From the NCBI GenBank assembly GCA_963794375.1, contig CAWCDL010000010.1:891996-955995 (forward strand): DNA of 64,000 nt, written 5' to 3'. The DNA comes from an uncultured Thermoleophilia bacterium (lineage in GTDB: Bacteria > Actinomycetota > Thermoleophilia > Gaiellales > Gaiellaceae). Numbering within the stretch: position 1 is the stretch's first letter; each line of letters begins with the position of its first letter. Of the stretch, positions 56,463 through 64,000 are shown one piece after another. The position numbers were made by a program, and so were the translations under genes. Below the pieces are notes generated by a model. The model did no database searches. It worked only from the letters and a program-made list of their open reading frames with translations, and was not told the DNA's origin.

Positions 56463-57074
56463 GTGCTGGTCGGTTCCGTGGTGCCGATGGTCGTCGAGCA
56501 GGACGGGCGCTGGGAGCGCTCGTTCGACATCTACTCGCGCCTCTTGCGGGAGCGGATCGTGTTTCTCGGTCAGGAGGTGAACGACGACATCGCGAACCTG
56601 ATCGCGGCCCAGCTTCTGCATCTCGACGCGGTCGAGCCCGGGAAGGACATCTCGCTCTACGTCAACTCCCCGGGCGGATCCGCATATGCGGGCATGGCGA
56701 TCTACGACACGATGCAGTACATCGCCTCCGACGTCTCGACCGTGTGCCTCGGGATGGGGATGAGCGCCGGCGCGATGATCCTCTGCGGCGGCGCGCCCGG
56801 GAAGCGCTTCGCGCTCCCGAACGCGAAGATGATGATCCACCAGGGCTCGGGCGGGTTCCGCGGCACTCCGGCGGACATCCAGATCGCCGCCCGCGAGATC
56901 CTCGACATGACGAGGCAGATGGCGGAGATCATCGCCCGCCACTCGGGGCAGGACGTCGAGCAGGTGATGCAGGACATCGACCGCGACCGCTTCATGACGC
57001 CGGAGGACGCCGTCGCCTACGGGCTGGTCGATGCGATCATGGAGCCTCGTGGCGTCCTGGCGGCCGGCCGATGA
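56463..57074 (+). CDS. clpP: ATP-dependent Clp protease proteolytic subunit
   Basis: GGAGGAGG SD + [43 protein letters not shown] (Ser), MIHQGSGG (His), [11 protein letters not shown] (Asp). Confidence 0.9.
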   Translation: MLVGSVVPMVVEQDGRWERSFDIYSRLLRERIVFLGQEVNDDIANLIAAQLLHLDAVEPGKDISLYVNSPGGSAYAGMAIYDTMQYIASDVSTVCLGMGMSAGAMILCGGAPGKRFALPNAKMMIHQGSGGFRGTPADIQIAAREILDMTRQMAEIIARHSGQDVEQVMQDIDRDRFMTPEDAVAYGLVDAIMEPRGVLAAGR

Positions 57075-57657
57075 ACGTGAAGACTGCTTCGGCTGGATCG
57101 CGGAGGGGCGGATCGCGCGCACGTCGCACGCGCTCCGCGCCGGCGGCCTCGTTTACCTGATCGACCCGGTCGCCGGCGAGGGGCTCGAGGAGCGAGTGCG
57201 CGCGCTCGGCGAGCCCGCGGCCGTCCTGCAGCTGCTCGACCGGCACGAGCGCGACTGCGCCGGCTGGGCGAGTGCGCTCGGCGTGCCGCACGTGCGCGCC
57301 TGGGAGGGCGTCGGCGACGCCCCGTTCGCCGTCGTGCCGGTGCGGTCGAGCCGGGTGTGGCGCGAGGTCTCGCTCTGGGACGGCGCGTCGGGAACGCTCG
57401 TTTGTGCCGACGCGCTCGGCACCGTGCCCTACTTCCTTGCGCCGGGGGAGCGCCTCGGCTGGCACCCGCTCGTCCGTCCGCGGCCGCCGCGGTCGTTCGG
57501 CGGGGTCGCGCCGCGGCGGATCCTCGTCGGCCACGGCCCGGGCGTCGCCGACGATGCGGCGGCCGTTCTTGCCGACCTCGTCGCCCACGGCCGCCGTCGC
57601 CTGCTCGGCGCGTGGGGCTCGGTTCTCAGAACCAGCGTCCGGGCGGCCAGTAGGTGA
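57031..57657 (+). CDS. Hypothetical protein (degenerate MBL-fold-like)
   Basis: G/C-rich third positions over 208 codons. The start is uncertain: ATG 57031 or GTG 57049, and both overlap the clpP 3' end. YLIDPV...LLDRHERD is only vaguely MBL-like. Confidence 0.5.
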   Translation: MRSWSLVASWRPADEREDCFGWIAEGRIARTSHALRAGGLVYLIDPVAGEGLEERVRALGEPAAVLQLLDRHERDCAGWASALGVPHVRAWEGVGDAPFAVVPVRSSRVWREVSLWDGASGTLVCADALGTVPYFLAPGERLGWHPLVRPRPPRSFGGVAPRRILVGHGPGVADDAAAVLADLVAHGRRRLLGAWGSVLRTSVRAASR

Positions 57658-58183
57658 AGAGGACAGGCCCGATCAGGGCCGAGCGGGGCACGGAGCCCCA
57701 CACACGCGAGTCGCACGAATGCGCGCGGTCGTCTCCCATGAAGAAGTACTGGCCCTTCGGCACGACCCAGTAGCCGCTGCCCATGTCCCTGAGCGATGGC
57801 TTGACGTAGGGCTCCTTCAGCGGCTTCCCGTTGATCGTCAGCTTCCCCTCGCGCTCGACGATGCTGTCGCCCGGGAGCCCGATCAGCCGCTTCACGTAGG
57901 TGCCGCCCTCGCCGCACTCGAGCTGAGCTTTCTTCGGCGCCGTGAAGACGACGATCTGTCCCCGCTTGGGGTTCGAGAAGCGGTAGGCGAGCCGGTTCGC
58001 GATCACGCGGTCGTCATAGGAGGCCTCGCAGTACGGCGTCGGCTTCGCGCAGTGCAGCGTCGGCTCCATCGACGGCGACGGCACGCGGTACGGCTTGGCC
58101 ACCTCCGCTTCGAAGATCAGGACGAGCGCGATCGCGACGCCGATTGTGACGACCCAGTCGATGACCTTGCGCAGCCTCGGCAC
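57626..58183 (-). CDS. lepB: Signal peptidase I
   Basis: VPSPSMEPTL (catalytic Ser), VKRLIGLPGD, FMGDDRAHSCDSR. GTG 58183. Confidence 0.9.
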   Translation of the reverse strand: MPRLRKVIDWVVTIGVAIALVLIFEAEVAKPYRVPSPSMEPTLHCAKPTPYCEASYDDRVIANRLAYRFSNPKRGQIVVFTAPKKAQLECGEGGTYVKRLIGLPGDSIVEREGKLTINGKPLKEPYVKPSLRDMGSGYWVVPKGQYFFMGDDRAHSCDSRVWGSVPRSALIGPVLFTYWPPGRWF

Positions 58184-58219
58184 GCGGACAGGGTAGACGG
58201 CCGTGGCAGAAGCCCGGCG

Positions 58220-59158
58220 TCAGCCACGCAGCGTGTTGCGTAAGAAAAACAGAAGATTTGCGGGGCGCTCTGCGAGGCGGCGCATCAGGTACGGGTACCA
58301 GTCGGGGCCGTAGGGAGTGGCGACGAGCACCTTGTGGCCGCGGCGCACGAGCTCGAGCTGCAGGTTCGGGCGCACGCCGTAGAGCATCTGGAGCTCGAAC
58401 CGCTCGAGCGGCACGCCGTGCCCGCGCGCGAAGCCGATCGCTCCCTCGATCAGGCGCTCGTCGTGGGTGGCGAGCGCCGTGTGCCCTGCGGCGACCAGCA
58501 TCCGCTCGGCGAGACGCGCGTACGCCGCGTCGACGTCGGGCTTGTGCGCGAACGCGAGCTCGGCCGGCTCCAGGTAAGCGCCCTTGACGAGCCGGAGGTT
58601 CGGCTCGAGCGCCAGCAGCTGCTCGAGATCGTCGGGCGTGCGGCGCAGATACGCCTGCAGGACGGTGCCGACGTTGTCGTGGCCCGCCTCCCGCAATCGA
58701 CGGTAGACGCGCAGGGTGGCGTCGACGTAGCGCGACTGCTCCATGTCGATGCGGATGAACTGTCCGCGCCTCAGCAGCCTCTCGAGGTTCGCGCAGGCGA
58801 GATCCTCGTCGATGTCGAGCCCGAGGTGCGTCAGCTTCAACGCGACGTTCGCGCGCAGCTTCTCCGCGGCGAGGCGGTCGAGGATCTGCTCGTACGCCGC
58901 GACGACGTGCTCGCTCTCGGTCGGCTCGAGCACCCCCTCGCCGAGCAGCGTCGTATTCGCGTGAAGGCCCTGGTCGTTCAGCCGCCGCAGCACGACGACG
59001 CACTCGTCGAGTGTCTCGCCGGCGACGAAGCGGCCGGCCCCGAGGCGCATGCCGTGCCGGCGCACGAGCCGCTGCACGCGGGCCGAGTCGGCCGCGGCGA
59101 GGATCGCCTTCCGCAGCGCCTCGTCGACCGCTGCGCTCAGCTGTGCCCGAGCAGCCAC
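58220..59158 (-). CDS. Proline dehydrogenase (monofunctional)
   Basis: RFVAGETLDE, NTTLLGE, IRIDMEQS, LQAYL, VKGAY, LATHDE, ELQMLYG. The start is inferred at GTG 59158, which overlaps the upstream gene by 22 nt. Confidence 0.8.
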   Translation of the reverse strand: MAARAQLSAAVDEALRKAILAAADSARVQRLVRRHGMRLGAGRFVAGETLDECVVVLRRLNDQGLHANTTLLGEGVLEPTESEHVVAAYEQILDRLAAEKLRANVALKLTHLGLDIDEDLACANLERLLRRGQFIRIDMEQSRYVDATLRVYRRLREAGHDNVGTVLQAYLRRTPDDLEQLLALEPNLRLVKGAYLEPAELAFAHKPDVDAAYARLAERMLVAAGHTALATHDERLIEGAIGFARGHGVPLERFELQMLYGVRPNLQLELVRRGHKVLVATPYGPDWYPYLMRRLAERPANLLFFLRNTLRG

Positions 59159-59997
59159 GCGTGCACGTCGGGAACGAGATCCTCGAGCAGCGTCAGGTGG
59201 CCGTGCGCGTCGTCGAGCCACGCCTCGCAGCCAGGGATGTGCGCGGCGAGCCACGCGCCGTGGCTGGGCGAGACGAAGCGGTCGTCGCCGCCCTGGATCA
59301 CGAGCACCGGCCGCCGGATCGTCTCGAGCTCGAACCCCCAGGGAGCCGCGAACGCGAGGTCGTCGTCGACCCAGCCCGCGGCGCTCTCCTGCAGCCCGTG
59401 CCCGCTCCAGTCGTGCATGAACTCGGCCAGCGCGCCGGTCAGCGCGGCACGGTCGGCGTCGCCGAGCAAGGTCTCGAACACGCGGCTGAGCTCCTCGGGC
59501 GTGGACGCGAGGATCTCCGCCCGCTCGCGCTCGAGCGCCGGCGCAAGCGATCTCTCGCCCTCGAGCGTGAGCCCGAACTCGACCAGGTTCTCTTCGCCCA
59601 TCCCGGCGAGCCAGTCGAGGCCCTCCGCCTCCCACGGTGCGACGCCGGCGAGGCTCGCGGCGGCGGTCAGCCGGTCGCCGCACAGCGCGGCGCAGGCGAG
59701 TGCGTGGGGCCCGCCGCCGGAGATCCCCCAGGTCGCGAAGCGCTCGAGCCCGAGCGCATCGGCGAGCGCCTCTACGTCCGCGGCGACTGCGGCGATGTTC
59801 CGGCCGTGGTCGCGCGTCGAGCCGCCGTAGCCCGCCCGGTCGAAGCCGATCAGCCGCACGCCCTCGGTCGCCCACCGCTCGTACAAGAGACCCGACGAAG
59901 GCGTTCCGTGATGGACGACGATCGGGAACCCGTCCGGGTCGCCGCCCTCGTGCACCTCGAGGCTGCGCCCGTCCGGCTGGGAGATCGACGCTGTCAC
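59137..59997 (-). CDS. Alpha/beta-fold hydrolase
   Basis: VVHHGTPSS, WGISGGGPHA (nucleophile elbow GxSxG), DDAHGHL. Confidence 0.85.
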   Translation of the reverse strand: MTASISQPDGRSLEVHEGGDPDGFPIVVHHGTPSSGLLYERWATEGVRLIGFDRAGYGGSTRDHGRNIAAVAADVEALADALGLERFATWGISGGGPHALACAALCGDRLTAAASLAGVAPWEAEGLDWLAGMGEENLVEFGLTLEGERSLAPALERERAEILASTPEELSRVFETLLGDADRAALTGALAEFMHDWSGHGLQESAAGWVDDDLAFAAPWGFELETIRRPVLVIQGGDDRFVSPSHGAWLAAHIPGCEAWLDDAHGHLTLLEDLVPDVHAWLLGHS

Positions 59998-60007
59998 GCG
60001 CGGCAGC

Positions 60008-60496
60008 TTACGCCGAGCCGAGCTCGTCGGCGATCTCGTCGGCGAAGCGGTCGATCGACTCCCAGTCGCGCCGGTCCTCGGTCGATGCGCCGATCAGGCG
60101 TGCGAGAGCCCGCTCTCCGAGCCCGAGCGCCGCGGGGTCGAGCCGGCCGACGATCGTGCGATGCCCGCGGGCGTGGACGAGCTCGGCGAGCTCGATCCCT
60201 TCGGGCGGCTCCTCGGCCGGCTTTGGCGGGGTGCCGACCGGGCCGCTCGAGAACACCCACACCGGCAGCTGGCGAAGCTCGGCCAGGTGCGCGCGGATGA
60301 ACGAGCGTGCCGGGGACAGCCAGCGCCCTGCGTAGACGGCGCTCCCGATCACGACAGCGTCGATGCCCTCGAGTGGTGGGCCGTTCGGCCGCTGCTCGGC
60401 GACCTCCAGGCCGCGTGCGCGCAGCCGTTCGGCGATCGCGTGCCCGATCTCGTCCGTCGAGCCGTGTTTGCTCGCTACCGTGACGAGCACCTTCAT
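60008..60496 (-). CDS. Flavodoxin-domain protein (HemG-like / Flavodoxin_5 architecture)
   Basis: MKVLVTVASKHGSTDEIGHAIAERL, VVIGSAVYAGRW. 162 aa. Confidence 0.8.
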   Translation of the reverse strand: MKVLVTVASKHGSTDEIGHAIAERLRARGLEVAEQRPNGPPLEGIDAVVIGSAVYAGRWLSPARSFIRAHLAELRQLPVWVFSSGPVGTPPKPAEEPPEGIELAELVHARGHRTIVGRLDPAALGLGERALARLIGASTEDRRDWESIDRFADEIADELGSA

Positions 60497-60592
60497 GGCG
60501 GGAGCGTGGCTGACGCCCGGGAGGCCCGCCACGGGGAAATCCCCGAGCCCACTGGCCGCAACCGGGCAAGGGCGGCAGGCGTTGGTCACGAG

Positions 60593-61420
60593 ATGAGTCA
60601 TTGGGCGAGCATCCTCAAGCGGGCCGGCCGGAGCATGCTGGACGACAACATGCTGATGATCGCCCAGGCGCTCGCGTTCAGCTCGTTCCTCGCGATCCCG
60701 TCCATCCTGCTCGTCGCGGTCGGGCTCTTCACCCTTGTCTCCGGCCCGCAGACGATCGACAGCCTCATCGGCCGGCTCCACGGCGTGATGCCGAGGCAGG
60801 CCACCGACCTCGTCTCCGAGAGCCTGCACCGCCTCGATCATTCCAGTGGGACGTCGCTGACGATGGTGGTCGTCGGCGCGGCGCTCGCGCTCTGGGCGAC
60901 GACGGGCGCCATGACCACCTACATGACGGCGCTCAACATCGCCTTCGACACGAAGGACCGGCGGTCGTTCGTCCACAAGCGGCTGAGGGCCCTCGTCATG
61001 GTCGCGTGCATCGGCAGCGCGTTCCTGCTCGTCGGGGTGCTGCTGCTGTTCGGCCCGACGATCGAGCGCCACCTGGAGCACGCAGTCGGGTTCGGCGGGG
61101 CGCTCGGCTGGATCTGGTGGACGGCGCAGTGGCCGATCCTCGCCTTCGGGTTGTTCGCGGCGTTTGCGACGCTGCTCTTCCTGGGGCCGGACGTCGAGCA
61201 GCCGCGCTGGCGTCTCGTCACCGGCGGCACCTTCCTCGCCGTCGTGATCTGGCTCGTCGTCTCCGGCGCATTCGCCTTCTACACGGCGCACTTCGCCTCG
61301 TACAACAAGGCGTGGGGATCGCTGTCGGCCGTGATCGTGATGCTCACGTGGCTGTGGCTCTCGGCGCTCGCGCTCCTCTTCGGCGCCGAGGTCGACGCCG
61401 AGCTCGAGCGGCGCGGCTAG
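60593..61420 (+). CDS. YihY/BrkB-family membrane protein
   Basis: AQALAFSSFLAIPSILL...GSLSAVIVMLTWLWLSALALLFGAEVDAELER is the canonical YihY C-terminus. Confidence 0.85.
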   Translation: MSHWASILKRAGRSMLDDNMLMIAQALAFSSFLAIPSILLVAVGLFTLVSGPQTIDSLIGRLHGVMPRQATDLVSESLHRLDHSSGTSLTMVVVGAALALWATTGAMTTYMTALNIAFDTKDRRSFVHKRLRALVMVACIGSAFLLVGVLLLFGPTIERHLEHAVGFGGALGWIWWTAQWPILAFGLFAAFATLLFLGPDVEQPRWRLVTGGTFLAVVIWLVVSGAFAFYTAHFASYNKAWGSLSAVIVMLTWLWLSALALLFGAEVDAELERRG

Positions 61421-61677
61421 CGTTCGTGCCGGAAGGCGTGCTTCGCGACGAGCCACGAGGCGATGGTCGCGAAGAACGCGACCACGACACCCGACGGCAC
61501 GGTCGTGTGCTGGCCGACGTCGCCGACGCCGTTTCCCGACGTGATGTCCGGCGCGAAGACCGAGCAGAAGATCACGGCCACCCACATCGAGGTGATCGCG
61601 AGCGAGGCCCACATGTCGGTGGACTCGAGCCATGCGTGGCGGCGCACAGTAGGGGCGTGGTGCGGGACCGTTGTCAT
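61417..61677 (-). CDS. Small two-helix membrane protein, hypothetical
   Basis: AAGGAGG SD upstream of ATG 61677. Two hydrophobic helices. It overlaps the yihY stop convergently by 4 nt. Confidence 0.5.
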   Translation of the reverse strand: MTTVPHHAPTVRRHAWLESTDMWASLAITSMWVAVIFCSVFAPDITSGNGVGDVGQHTTVPSGVVVAFFATIASWLVAKHAFRHER

Positions 61678-61767
61678 CCAGTCCTCCTTTCCGTCAGGGC
61701 CGATTCTCCGGGCTCGATGCTCCGGCGACATCGAGGGGGACTACTGACGCGGCAGACTGGCAGCCCG

Positions 61768-62370
61768 ATGGCGAGGGCGCTGACGATCGAGACGCCGCAC
61801 GGGCCTGCGCGGGCGCACGTCGAGCGTGTGTCACAGCCGCGTGGCGCGCTCGTCCTCGGTCACGGAGCGGGCGGCGGGATCGCCGCTCCGGACCTCGCCG
61901 CCGCCGCCCGTGCTGCCCGAGCTGCCGGTTTCTCGGTCGCGCTCGTCGAGCAGCCTTACCGTGTTGCCGGCCGCCGCTCGCCCGCGCCGGCGCGGCAGCT
62001 GGATGCCGCCTGGCTCGCCGTCGTCGATCGCCTCGTGGCGCGCCCGTTCGCCGGACTGCCGCTCGTCGTCGGCGGTCGGTCATCCGGCGCGCGCGTCGCC
62101 TGCCGCACCGCGGAGTCGACCGGAGCGGTCGGTGTGCTGTGCCTCGCCTTCCCGCTGCATCGGCCGGGGCGCCCGGACGCGCCGAGCCGGCTGCCGGAGC
62201 TCGAGCTCGTCACCGTGCCGACGCTCGTCGTCCAGGGTGAGCGCGACCCGTTCGGGCTCCCGCCAGATGGGCCGTTGCGTACCGTCGTCGTCGTGCGCGG
62301 CGACCACAGCCTGAAGGCCGGCGTCGCCGCCGTCGAGGCGGCGGTGGCGGCCTGGCTCGCGGCTTTCTGA
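61768..62370 (+). CDS. Alpha/beta-family hydrolase (KANL3/Tex30-like, dienelactone-hydrolase fold)
   Basis: LVLGHGAGGG, VVGGRSSGARVA, VVQGERDPFG. Confidence 0.75.
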   Translation: MARALTIETPHGPARAHVERVSQPRGALVLGHGAGGGIAAPDLAAAARAARAAGFSVALVEQPYRVAGRRSPAPARQLDAAWLAVVDRLVARPFAGLPLVVGGRSSGARVACRTAESTGAVGVLCLAFPLHRPGRPDAPSRLPELELVTVPTLVVQGERDPFGLPPDGPLRTVVVVRGDHSLKAGVAAVEAAVAAWLAAF

Positions 62371-62402
62371 ACGTGGCGCTTCGTGATCGCGAGCCGATGC
62401 TC

Positions 62403-62408
62403 TAGCCT
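62403..62408 (+). promoter_or_regulatory. Candidate -10 box TAGCCT, 6 nt upstream of the GTG start (leaderless geometry)
   Basis: TANNNT, with no SD before GTG 62415. Confidence 0.4.
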
Positions 62409-62414
62409 CGGCTT

Positions 62415-64000
62415 GTGCCGATCTGCGCGAGCTGCGGTCGCGACAACCCCGACGAGGCACGTTTCTGCATGGCGTGCGCGGCGCCGCTCGTCGCCGCGAC
62501 TACACCGCGCGAGCTGCGGAAGACGGTGACGGCGCTCTTCTGCGACGTGGTCGGCTCGACGGCGCTCGGCGACTCCAGCGACCCGGAGGCGGTGCGTGCA
62601 GTGCTCGCGCGCTACTTCGACCGGATGAAGGGGATCGTCGAGCGGCACGGTGGCACGGTCGAGAAGTTCATCGGCGACGCGGTGGTGGCGGTGTTCGGCG
62701 TCCCGGTTGTGCACGAGGACGACGCGCTGCGTGCCTGCCGTGCCGCGGTGGAGATGCGTGACGCGCTGCCGGAGATCGGTCTCCAGTGCCGGATCGGCGT
62801 CAACACCGGCGAGGTGGTGACGACGACCGACGCGCTGCTGGCGAGTGGCGACGCGATGAACGTGGCGGCGCGGCTGGAGCAGGTTGCAGAGCCGGGGCAG
62901 ATCCTGCTCGGCCAGCGAACGCTCGCCCTCGTCCGATCGGCGGTGGAGGTCGAGCCGGTCGCTCCGCTCGAGCTGAAGGGCAAGGCGGAGCCGGTGCTCG
63001 CGTTCCGCCTGCTGGCCGTCACCGGCGAGCTCGAACGGCGGTTTGCGACGCCGATGGTGGGCCGCGAGCACGAGCTCGCTCGCCTTCGCGCCGTCTTCGG
63101 TCAGGCGGTGCACGACCGCTCGTGCCAGCTGTTCACGGTCCTCGGCTCGGCCGGGGTGGGGAAGTCACGCCTGGCGGCCGAGCTCCTCGCGCGGTTGGAG
63201 GCGCGAGTCGTGCGCGGCCGCTGCCTCTCCTACGGGGACGGGATCACCTATTGGCCTGTCGTCGAGGTCCTGAAGCAGCTGGGCTCATTCCCCGAGGGGG
63301 ATTCGGCGCGGCCGCTGCGGGCCCTCCTGGGCGACAGCGACGATCCCGCGTCGGCCGAAGAGATCGCCTGGGGGTTCCGCAAGCTGCTCGAGCAGGAAGC
63401 TCAGCGCGAGCCACTGATCTGTGTCCTCGACGACCTCCACTGGGGAGAGGAGACGCTGCTCGACCTCGTCGAGCACGTCGCCGACCTCTCCCGCGATGCG
63501 CCGATTCTCCTGCTGTGCATGGCACGGCCGGAGCTGCTCGAGCGCCGGCCGTCCTGGGGAGGCGGCAAGTGGAATGCCACATCGGTCCTGCTCGAGCCGC
63601 TCGATGCTGCGGAGACCGAGCGACTCATCGGCGAGCTCGGCTGGGTTCCCGAAGAGCTGCGCGCGCGGATCATCCAGACGGCGGAGGGCAACCCGCTCTT
63701 CCTTGAGGAGATGCTGGCGCTCGTGCGCAACAGCTCGGGCGGTGAGGTCGAGGTGCCGCCGACGATCCAGGCGCTCCTCGCCGCCCGGCTCGACCAGCTC
63801 GACCCGGCCGAGCGGGCCGTGCTGGAGCGTGGCTCGGTCGAGGGCCGCGTGTTCCACCGCGGCGCGGTCTCCGCGCTCGCTGACGGCGACGGGCAGATCG
63901 ACACGCAGCTGTTGGCCCTTGTCCGCAAGGAGCTCGTCCGTCCCGACCGGCCGCAACTGCCACTGGAGGACGCCTACCGCTTCCGCCATCTCTTGATCCG
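62415..64000 (+). CDS. Second zinc-ribbon / class III cyclase / STAND ATPase paralogue (3' end outside the window)
   Basis: This gene is not in the supplied ORF track because it has no stop in the window. My translation from GTG 62415 reads VPICASCGRDNPDEARFCMACAAP...VTALFCDVVGSTA...KFIGDAVVAVFG...IGVNTGEVV...GSAGVGKSRL...LDDLHWGEE...GNPLFLEEML. It is collinear with 38450..41428. Confidence 0.85.
   Translation, partial: MPICASCGRDNPDEARFCMACAAPLVAATTPRELRKTVTALFCDVVGSTALGDSSDPEAVRAVLARYFDRMKGIVERHGGTVEKFIGDAVVAVFGVPVVHEDDALRACRAAVEMRDALPEIGLQCRIGVNTGEVVTTTDALLASGDAMNVAARLEQVAEPGQILLGQRTLALVRSAVEVEPVAPLELKGKAEPVLAFRLLAVTGELERRFATPMVGREHELARLRAVFGQAVHDRSCQLFTVLGSAGVGKSRLAAELLARLEARVVRGRCLSYGDGITYWPVVEVLKQLGSFPEGDSARPLRALLGDSDDPASAEEIAWGFRKLLEQEAQREPLICVLDDLHWGEETLLDLVEHVADLSRDAPILLLCMARPELLERRPSWGGGKWNATSVLLEPLDAAETERLIGELGWVPEELRARIIQTAEGNPLFLEEMLALVRNSSGGEVEVPPTIQALLAARLDQLDPAERAVLERGSVEGRVFHRGAVSALADGDGQIDTQLLALVRKELVRPDRPQLPLEDAYRFRHLLI

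Noticed and set aside
1-64000. A mobile-element or genomic-island origin for the glycan locus (transposases, integrases, flanking tRNA, direct repeats).
   Set aside because: I recognised no transposase, integrase or recombinase motifs, no tRNA, and no obvious compositional discontinuity by eye at the locus borders. Formal GC-skew or k-mer analysis was not possible.

Overview
This is a very GC-rich, actinobacterium-like chromosomal segment: third codon positions are almost all G/C and every frame carries long Arg/Ala/Pro-rich shadow ORFs. I call about 65 tightly packed genes, many joined by 4-nt ATGA/GTGA start/stop overlaps. Functions are inferred from motifs read by eye; no database search was possible.

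Layout:
- 1-27.8 kb: a large surface-glycan biosynthesis and export locus. It holds a CgeB-like glycosyltransferase (GT), three GT2, seven GT4, a polyprenyl-P-sugar-synthase-like GT2 with a DUF2304 partner, two paralogous GT-C membrane transferases, and a WecA/MraY-type initiating transferase fusion. It also holds a 6-deoxyhexose (fucose-type) dehydratase/synthase pair, a methyltransferase, a Wzx-type flippase and a Wzm/Wzt ABC exporter. hemE-hemH sit between wzm and wzt.
- 28.1-31.0 kb: an F420 operon, cofC-cofD-npdG-cofE.
- 31-35 kb: an Rpf-like transglycosylase-domain protein and a 1013-aa GAF-GGDEF-GAFx3-HD-GYP protein.
- 35-36.4 kb: a LacI regulator flanked by two perfect operators.
- 36.3-46.7 kb: a reductive-pyrimidine / beta-alanine catabolic cluster (transaminase, mmsA, dihydropyrimidinase, carbamoyl-amidohydrolase) plus an F420-type LLM oxidoreductase, interrupted by a zinc-ribbon/class III cyclase/STAND-TPR gene.
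- 46.8-51.1 kb: a MacB-type ABC pair, a NUDIX hydrolase, and a secreted QYG-repeat/His-rich protein.
- 51-64 kb: kbl-tdh, a tryptophanase-like lyase, an SRPBCC-ArsR operon, clpP, lepB, proline dehydrogenase, hydrolases, a HemG-like flavodoxin, YihY, and a second cyclase/STAND paralogue that runs off the window.

I saw no rRNA, tRNA, CRISPR array, transposase or integrase.

Main items for a second look:
- All seven reading-frame breaks lie inside the glycan locus. One of the affected genes is an open ORF that hides three compensating shifts.
- The pyrimidine cluster lacks a classical dihydropyrimidine dehydrogenase but carries an F420-type LLM enzyme.
- A tandem-heptad QYG/His-rich secreted protein.
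- Twin LacI operators with an orphan ORF.
- A possible c-di-AMP-type leader upstream of the Rpf-like gene.
- A recurrent TAGCCT/TAGGCT -10 box 6-9 nt upstream of start codons, suggesting leaderless transcripts.
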